The notes under the pieces were generated by a model. The model saw nothing but the letters and a program-made list of their open reading frames with translations, searched no databases and was not told where the DNA came from. Of a stretch of 64,000 nucleotides of DNA, positions 58,395 to 64,000 are shown piece after piece. Position 1 is the first letter of the stretch. Each line of letters opens with the position of its first letter. Source of the stretch: a virus (lineage: Duplodnaviria; Caudoviricetes); IMG/VR virus record IMGVR_UViG_2882238243_000002, positions 64,001 to 128,000 of that record; one strand, written 5' to 3'. A program made the position numbers and the translations under genes.

Positions 58395-59997
58395 TGTGAT
58401 TTCTGATTGTCGGGGAATGTGTGAGAATGAAATAATAAATACAATTATTTCTGATAGAGGAATTAAAGATGTAGAGCATTTTTTGAATCCAAATGAAGGT
58501 GATTTGTTGCCTTTGGATTCCTTAGAAAATATTGATATGGCGAGAAAAATTGTTGAAAATGGAATCGATAGTGGCTCTCGCTTTGGTGTTTTATGGGATA
58601 CAGATACAGATGGAGCAACATCTGGAGCAATCATGACCAGATATCTATTGAATTTTACAAAAACTGTGTTTCCATTTATTAATGAGGGAAAAGCCCATGG
58701 ATTGATAGGACAAGATATTGATAGATTCAATGATTGCGATATTGTGATTGTTGTGGATAGTCTGGATAAAGATATAACTCAATATAAAGAATTGGTAACA
58801 AGAGGTAAAGAAGTTATAGTCTTAGATCATCATGCCATCGCTCAAGATGTCCCATATGACAAATATGTCACACTGGTTAGTTCACAGAGAAACTATGATA
58901 ATCTTGCTCTGTCCGGAGCAGGTGTTGTGTGGAAATTTTGTAAATACCTTGATCAATATTTTATAGAGGATTATGCGGAAGACTATGTCGATCTGGCGGC
59001 CTGTGGACTTGTGGCAGATATGATGGACGTTTCTGAAAAGAGTATGGAAAACAGATACATAATTGAAATTGGACTAAATCGGATGATAAATCCTGCAATA
59101 AAAAAAATTGTCGGTAGTTTTCCCTTTAATAGTACTGCAATTTCTTTCAGTATCGCACCTTTGATAAATGCTGCAAACCGTATGAATCAAAATGAATCGG
59201 CGATGAGTGCTTTTTTAGCAGACGATAATAAAGAAGTTCTAAAATATGTAAAAGAATTAAAAAAATGCAAAGAAGAACAAAATATTGAAGTCAAAAACTT
59301 GATGGATGATATTATCATTCAGGCAGACGGACAATTAGATAAAAAGGTTATATCTGTTTTTATAAATAGTGAAAATGGAATCTCTGGATTGGTTGGGAAC
59401 AAACTACTTGAAAGATATCAAAGACCTTTGTTGATTTTAAAAGAGATAGAAATAGGTGGAGAAAAATATTATGCGGGATCTGCAAGAGCAATTGGTATCG
59501 ATGATTTTAGAAAACTTTGTAATGAAACTGGTGTTGCTGAAGCAAATGGACATGAGTTGGCATTTGGGATACAGGTAAAGGCAAAAGAATATAGAGATTT
59601 TATTTCCAAACTTGAAGAGTCTTTGGAAAACATTGAATTTAAGATGGCAAGAACTGTGGATATTGAGTTAGATATATTTGATATAACAAGAGATTTAATT
59701 GACAAAATTAAGTCTATAGATAAAATATCTGGCACAGGATTTAAACCAATAACAGTAAAAGTATCTGATATTACGGAATATGAGGTAGGTAGTATGTCTC
59801 AAGGGAAGCATCTTGTATTAAAACCAACAGATTATTTACAACTTATCAAATGGAATTGGAATGGTTCATTTGATGATATGGAGGATAATGCGATATTAGA
59901 AGAACCAATAACTGTGATTGGTAAATTGGATTCTGGTTGGTTAGGAAGAACGTTTTCCTTAAAAATAATATGTGATGAAGTAAAGGTGGTGGCATAG
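58363..59997 (+). CDS. recJ: RecJ-like DHH ssDNA exonuclease
   Basis: DTDTDG, DHH, SGAGV, PLINAANR, GSAR and GHELAFG motifs. Confidence 0.9.
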   Translation: MEMMKAKTTYNVISDCRGMCENEIINTIISDRGIKDVEHFLNPNEGDLLPLDSLENIDMARKIVENGIDSGSRFGVLWDTDTDGATSGAIMTRYLLNFTKTVFPFINEGKAHGLIGQDIDRFNDCDIVIVVDSLDKDITQYKELVTRGKEVIVLDHHAIAQDVPYDKYVTLVSSQRNYDNLALSGAGVVWKFCKYLDQYFIEDYAEDYVDLAACGLVADMMDVSEKSMENRYIIEIGLNRMINPAIKKIVGSFPFNSTAISFSIAPLINAANRMNQNESAMSAFLADDNKEVLKYVKELKKCKEEQNIEVKNLMDDIIIQADGQLDKKVISVFINSENGISGLVGNKLLERYQRPLLILKEIEIGGEKYYAGSARAIGIDDFRKLCNETGVAEANGHELAFGIQVKAKEYRDFISKLEESLENIEFKMARTVDIELDIFDITRDLIDKIKSIDKISGTGFKPITVKVSDITEYEVGSMSQGKHLVLKPTDYLQLIKWNWNGSFDDMEDNAILEEPITVIGKLDSGWLGRTFSLKIICDEVKVVA

Positions 59998-59998
59998 A

Positions 59999-62900
59999 AT
60001 AGGGACTTTAGAATTAATCAAAACAATTATTCCAACGCTGAATTTTAAATTTCCGTATTCAGCAGAGGATTATGCAGAGAATTTATATCTTGAAAATTAT
60101 CATTGCCATAAAGATTTTAGCAATACAAGTACACCTGATTGTGCAGAATCTATTGAGAATTATGCAAAGTTGACTCATGAATATCAGTCTAAATGTTTGT
60201 TTTCAGGAGATCATGGTTCACAAGGAAATCAATTCTTGGTATATAAAACTTCCGAAAATGAAAAATTAAAATATATTCATTCAACAGAAGCTTATTGGGT
60301 GAAGAATCGGTATGAAAAAGATAGAAAAAATTGTCACATGGTTATTGTCGCTAAGAATGCAGATGGTAGGGGCGATATCAACTTTGCCCTATCAAGAGCA
60401 AATGAGGATGGATATTACTATAAACCAAGAATTGACTTGGAATTATTGTTTGATATTCCAAAGGATAATGTAATTGTTACCTCTGCGTGTATTGCAGGTT
60501 GGAATTACGAAGATGCTGAAGATATTTGGATTAAAATTCACAACTATTTTGGCGATAATTTTTATCTCGAAGTTCAACCACATAATACAGATAAACAAAA
60601 GAAACTTAACCAGAAGATTCTTAGAATTGCCAAGGATAACAATATCCAGATTATAGCTGGCATGGATAGTCACTTTTTAAATGATAAATCATCAGTAAAA
60701 CGTGATCAGATTCTTAAATATAAGGGAGTAAATTATCCAGACGAAGAAGGATGGTACATGGATTGGCCGGATACTAAGACGGTAATCCAGAGATTTAAAG
60801 AACAAGGTATCTTATCCGAAGAAGATATTTATAGATCTATTATGAACACTAATGTGTTTGTAACAGAGTGCAGAGAGATTATTCTTGATAAATCATTCAA
60901 AATTCCCACTGTCTATCAAGGTAAGACATATGAAGAAAAGTGCAAGATATACAAACATGAACTAAATATCGCTTATGCAAAAGAAAAGGAAAAGTCAAAA
61001 AAAAAGGCAGATGGAGTAAGGTACGAAGCCAAGGAAGTTATGGATTCTGGTGTTGTAGATTATTTCCTAACAAGCAAGGCTATTGTTGATGATGCGGTGA
61101 ACAATGAGGGAGGTATATTAACAACAACTTCTCGTGGTAGTGCAGCTTCATTTATTACAAATAAATTATTAGGACTTACAACCGTCGATAGATTCAATGC
61201 TGATATCCCTATTTATCCAGAAAGGTTTTTAACAAAAGAACGTGTTGTTGCGGGTATGATGCCTGATATTGATTTAAACGTAGCTACTCAAGAACCGTTT
61301 GTAAAAGCGACAAGGAAATTATTGGGAGAACATGGCTGCTATCCATTAATGGCTATAGAAAAACTAAAAGAAAAGGCTGCATGGCAATTATACGCTGGTG
61401 CCAATGATGTTAGCCCTGATGATGCAAATCAAATCTCAAAGTACCTAGATGAATACAACAAAGCATTAAAATATGCTGATGACGAAGAAAAAGATTTGAT
61501 TTTGGTTGAAGATTATATTCCCGATGATTATTTGGAATTATATAAACAAAGTAACGAATATCAGGGGATTACAATCAATTTAAAATGTCATGCCTGTGGA
61601 CACATAATTTTTAATGGAGATGTTCGTAGAGAAATTGGACTCATCAGTGCTGTTTCTGAAACAACTGGTCAAAGAACTCTTTGTGCTGCTATTGAAGGTG
61701 GATACCTTGATGAATTTGGATATGTAAAAGAAGATTTTCTTATTGTTGATAGTGTTTATCTTACATATAAATTTTTTGGCAGTATTGGCATGAAAGTTCC
61801 AACATTTGATGAACTTAGAAAAATGATAGACGGAGATAAACTCACATGGAAAATATACGAAAAGGGTATCACTTGTTGTGTGAATCAATGTGAAAAAGAC
61901 GCTACTACTAATAGGGTTAAGAAATATAAACCACAAAATTTACGGGAATTGAGTAGTTTTATAGCCGCTATACGCCCTGGATTTGCATCTCTATTGAGCA
62001 CATTTTTGAATAGGGATCAGTATACAACAGGAGAATCAAAAATTGATGACTTACTGTCAGATACTGCTCATTTCATGATATATCAAGAATCAATTATGAA
62101 AGTTTTATCATTCCTGAAATTGGAAATGGGAGAAACATATGGTGTAATCAAGTCCATTTCAAAGAAAAAATTGAAGGGAGAAAAGAAACAACGCTTATTA
62201 AATGAACTGACTACATCATGGAGAGAAGAATTTCATAACACTAATAGTTTTAATAATGTGTGGAATGTTATTGAGGATTCAGCTAGATACGCTTTCAACT
62301 CCCCTCATGCTTACAGTATGGGAGGAGATAGTGCATATCAAGCGTGGTTTAAAGCACATCATACAAAAGAGTTTTATGAGGTCGCCATTAACCACTATCA
62401 AGAAAAAAATAAGAAGAACAAAATTGATGCACTCGTGAAAGAGGCTATAAAGTTTTATGGGTATAAACTAGGAGATTACGAATTTGGAGCAGACAATAGA
62501 AAAGTTACAATTGATGAGGAATTTGGATTGATTTATCCTAATCTATCTAGTATTAAGGGGTTTGGAGAAGGAGTATCTGAAACACTTTTTGAGTTAGGAC
62601 AAGAAGAATATGACAATTTTACAGATGTCCTGACGATTCTGTTTTCAAACTCGATAAACAAAACTGTTATTGACAAACTGATTAGAATTAACTATTTCAA
62701 AAAATACGGCGATGTTAATACTCTTTTGTGGATAACAAAATATTATGACTTAGTATTTGAAGCTAAGACCATATCAAAGTCAAAGGCTGAGAAAAACAAT
62801 CTTCCATTTGATATCTTGAAAAAACATGGAAACGAAACAGAAAAACAGTTTAACAAAATTAATTCAGTTGACTTGTTGAATGAACTAATTCAAAACATCA

Positions 62901-63292
62901 AATATCAAGAACTAACTATAAAAGAGCGTCTGGATAATGAGAGAGAGGTATTGGGAATTGTATCTAGTTATGAAGAGAAAGCTGATAAGAGATTATATTA
63001 CATCTCAGAATTAGAGTCTAAGAAGTCAATCACAAATGTAAGACTGTTTGAAATCTATAGTGGTAAAACTAGAGAAGTAAAAATGTGGACGAGTCAGTAT
63101 AATAAGAGTCATTTTGAATTGGGTGATATTCTGTATATAACCTGTTTGGAGAAAAAGAATAAAAAAGAGCCAACAGGTGAAATAAATCCAGATACTGGGA
63201 AAAAGATATATAAGGAGATACCTGATAAATTTGAATACTGGTTGAGCAGATTCATTATAAAAAATGAAATTGAAAACGAGGTGAGAGATTGA
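59999..63292 (+). CDS. dnaE: DNA polymerase III alpha subunit
   Basis: PHP motifs (YHCH, DHG, DSH), RGSAAS, PDIDL and YAFNSPHA; ATA start needed to include YHCH. Confidence 0.93.
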   Translation: MGTLELIKTIIPTLNFKFPYSAEDYAENLYLENYHCHKDFSNTSTPDCAESIENYAKLTHEYQSKCLFSGDHGSQGNQFLVYKTSENEKLKYIHSTEAYWVKNRYEKDRKNCHMVIVAKNADGRGDINFALSRANEDGYYYKPRIDLELLFDIPKDNVIVTSACIAGWNYEDAEDIWIKIHNYFGDNFYLEVQPHNTDKQKKLNQKILRIAKDNNIQIIAGMDSHFLNDKSSVKRDQILKYKGVNYPDEEGWYMDWPDTKTVIQRFKEQGILSEEDIYRSIMNTNVFVTECREIILDKSFKIPTVYQGKTYEEKCKIYKHELNIAYAKEKEKSKKKADGVRYEAKEVMDSGVVDYFLTSKAIVDDAVNNEGGILTTTSRGSAASFITNKLLGLTTVDRFNADIPIYPERFLTKERVVAGMMPDIDLNVATQEPFVKATRKLLGEHGCYPLMAIEKLKEKAAWQLYAGANDVSPDDANQISKYLDEYNKALKYADDEEKDLILVEDYIPDDYLELYKQSNEYQGITINLKCHACGHIIFNGDVRREIGLISAVSETTGQRTLCAAIEGGYLDEFGYVKEDFLIVDSVYLTYKFFGSIGMKVPTFDELRKMIDGDKLTWKIYEKGITCCVNQCEKDATTNRVKKYKPQNLRELSSFIAAIRPGFASLLSTFLNRDQYTTGESKIDDLLSDTAHFMIYQESIMKVLSFLKLEMGETYGVIKSISKKKLKGEKKQRLLNELTTSWREEFHNTNSFNNVWNVIEDSARYAFNSPHAYSMGGDSAYQAWFKAHHTKEFYEVAINHYQEKNKKNKIDALVKEAIKFYGYKLGDYEFGADNRKVTIDEEFGLIYPNLSSIKGFGEGVSETLFELGQEEYDNFTDVLTILFSNSINKTVIDKLIRINYFKKYGDVNTLLWITKYYDLVFEAKTISKSKAEKNNLPFDILKKHGNETEKQFNKINSVDLLNELIQNIKYQELTIKERLDNEREVLGIVSSYEEKADKRLYYISELESKKSITNVRLFEIYSGKTREVKMWTSQYNKSHFELGDILYITCLEKKNKKEPTGEINPDTGKKIYKEIPDKFEYWLSRFIIKNEIENEVRD

Positions 63293-63819
63293 AATATTAC
63301 TATACTGAAAAGCAATTGAAGGAACTAGTTTCTCACCTCGTAATCCTTCACACTACTAATGAGCAGAAGAACCAACATATTTTGGATTATTATGATAAAA
63401 GAAGTATTAAACATAAGGCAAAAGCTTTAAAGACGGGAGACTATTCATTTATGATAGAATCTTGTCCAGAATTAGGATTTGCAAAGGATACATATTTTAC
63501 AGATGAATTATGCATTGAAAGAAAAAATTCTGTTGATGAATTGGCAGGGAATATCAAAGAACATGATGAAAGATTCTTCAAAGAACTAAACAGGATGATT
63601 AATATCAAAAATTCTTATCTCTTAATAGAGAACAATAGATTAGACGATATCATCAGCCACAATTACCGGTCAGAGTACAACGAACTTGCTTTTATCAGAA
63701 GATTGTTAGGAGTTCAAAAGGTGGCAAATATTTATATTAATTTTGTAAATAAAGAGAATATGGGATTTATGATTTATGAGATTTGTTACAGTGCTTTAAT
63801 GGGACAGATACTGAAATGA
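63289..63819 (+). CDS. ERCC4/XPF-domain nuclease
   Basis: EQ, LKTGDYS, IERKNS.DEL and LLIE motifs. Confidence 0.85.
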   Translation: MKYYYTEKQLKELVSHLVILHTTNEQKNQHILDYYDKRSIKHKAKALKTGDYSFMIESCPELGFAKDTYFTDELCIERKNSVDELAGNIKEHDERFFKELNRMINIKNSYLLIENNRLDDIISHNYRSEYNELAFIRRLLGVQKVANIYINFVNKENMGFMIYEICYSALMGQILK

Positions 63820-64000
63820 TTTTATTTTTCAAATGAAACATATTTTTCATAAAGAAAATCGGAGGTAGTGAAACATGATAATTGAAAGTAAAAAATATGC
63901 AATCGCAACTAAGGGGTTCCCGCTATTATTTGATGATGGAGAAGGAAATAACGTAAGTAATTTTGAAGAAGCTTTTCTGAGTTCATATGAAAGCACCGAA

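Larger units (their letters stand above)
333..63849. repeat. dispersed inverted-repeat site family TGAAA-N6-TTTCA (about 50 copies at gene boundaries)
   Basis: Perfect copies start at 4426, 6228, 8848, 11913, 15649, 27942, 39291, 40868, 49768 and 63834. Copies with 1-3 mismatches start at 333, 642, 2854, 2992, 4672, 5103, 5996, 6834, 7067, 7231, 7552, 7768, 8191, 8477, 10704, 10892, 11287, 11691, 13468, 14619, 14951, 15038, 15301, 15852, 16313, 17549, 17814, 28821, 32765, 33929, 34181, 35027, 37260, 39049, 42888, 43156, 46133, 46623, 48126, 48660, 51003, 51250 and 52510. Confidence 0.9.

Noticed and set aside
55791-63292. Inteins or introns in dnaB or dnaE
   Set aside because: Lengths are ordinary, the frames are uninterrupted and no splicing motifs were seen.
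1332-63315. Many 60-140 aa ORFs antisense to or nested in longer genes (e.g. 1332-1625, 21433-21858, 54686-55075, 61580-61936)
   Set aside because: Shadow ORFs of well-supported genes, with no RBS or recognisable motifs.
333-63849. Repeat family as a CRISPR array
   Set aside because: Copies are 16 bp, degenerate and separated by whole genes at irregular distances; no cas genes.
1-64000. Conjugative element or ICE interpretation (ardA, integrase)
   Set aside because: No relaxase or T4SS genes in the window; the replication block and gene content are phage-like, although a phage-plasmid cannot be excluded.

Overview
AT-rich 64 kb segment of a large temperate Firmicutes (Clostridia-like) phage or prophage, covering the early/accessory and DNA-replication regions. 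No virion genes, tRNA, rRNA or CRISPR array were seen, and almost all genes are on the + strand. 0-18 kb is a dense array of small hypothetical genes with ardA, two paralogous antirepressors, a CI/Cro-like switch and a tyrosine recombinase. 18.6-28 kb holds a LexA-box dinB/SRAP cassette, an orphan MazF, a LexA-box operon with a sigma-like factor and a DUF262 protein, and a complete diversity-generating retroelement (target-VR, hairpin, avd, TR, RT; all 14 VR/TR mismatches are at TR adenines). 28-52.5 kb is a second accessory array (IS3, methyltransferases, HNH, NADAR, RNA-repair genes, Tad2/DUF2829, TnpB). 52.8-63.8 kb is an SPbeta-like replication block (SSB-like, AAA, DnaB, primase, RecJ, DnaE, ERCC4). 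The most striking unexplained signal is an inverted-repeat site, TGAAA-N6-TTTCA, present about 50 times (10 perfect) almost only at gene 3' ends, often overlapping the stop codon. It fills both accessory arrays, was not found in the core blocks, and brackets the tyrosine recombinase gene itself. This is a candidate integron/pdif-like gene-cassette system or an MrpR/SPBRE-like regulon. Other notable signals are three candidate antisense sRNA units, a covarying structured element, and frequent ATA/ATT start codons, including in dnaB and dnaE. All calls were made by eye from the sequence; no database searches were run.
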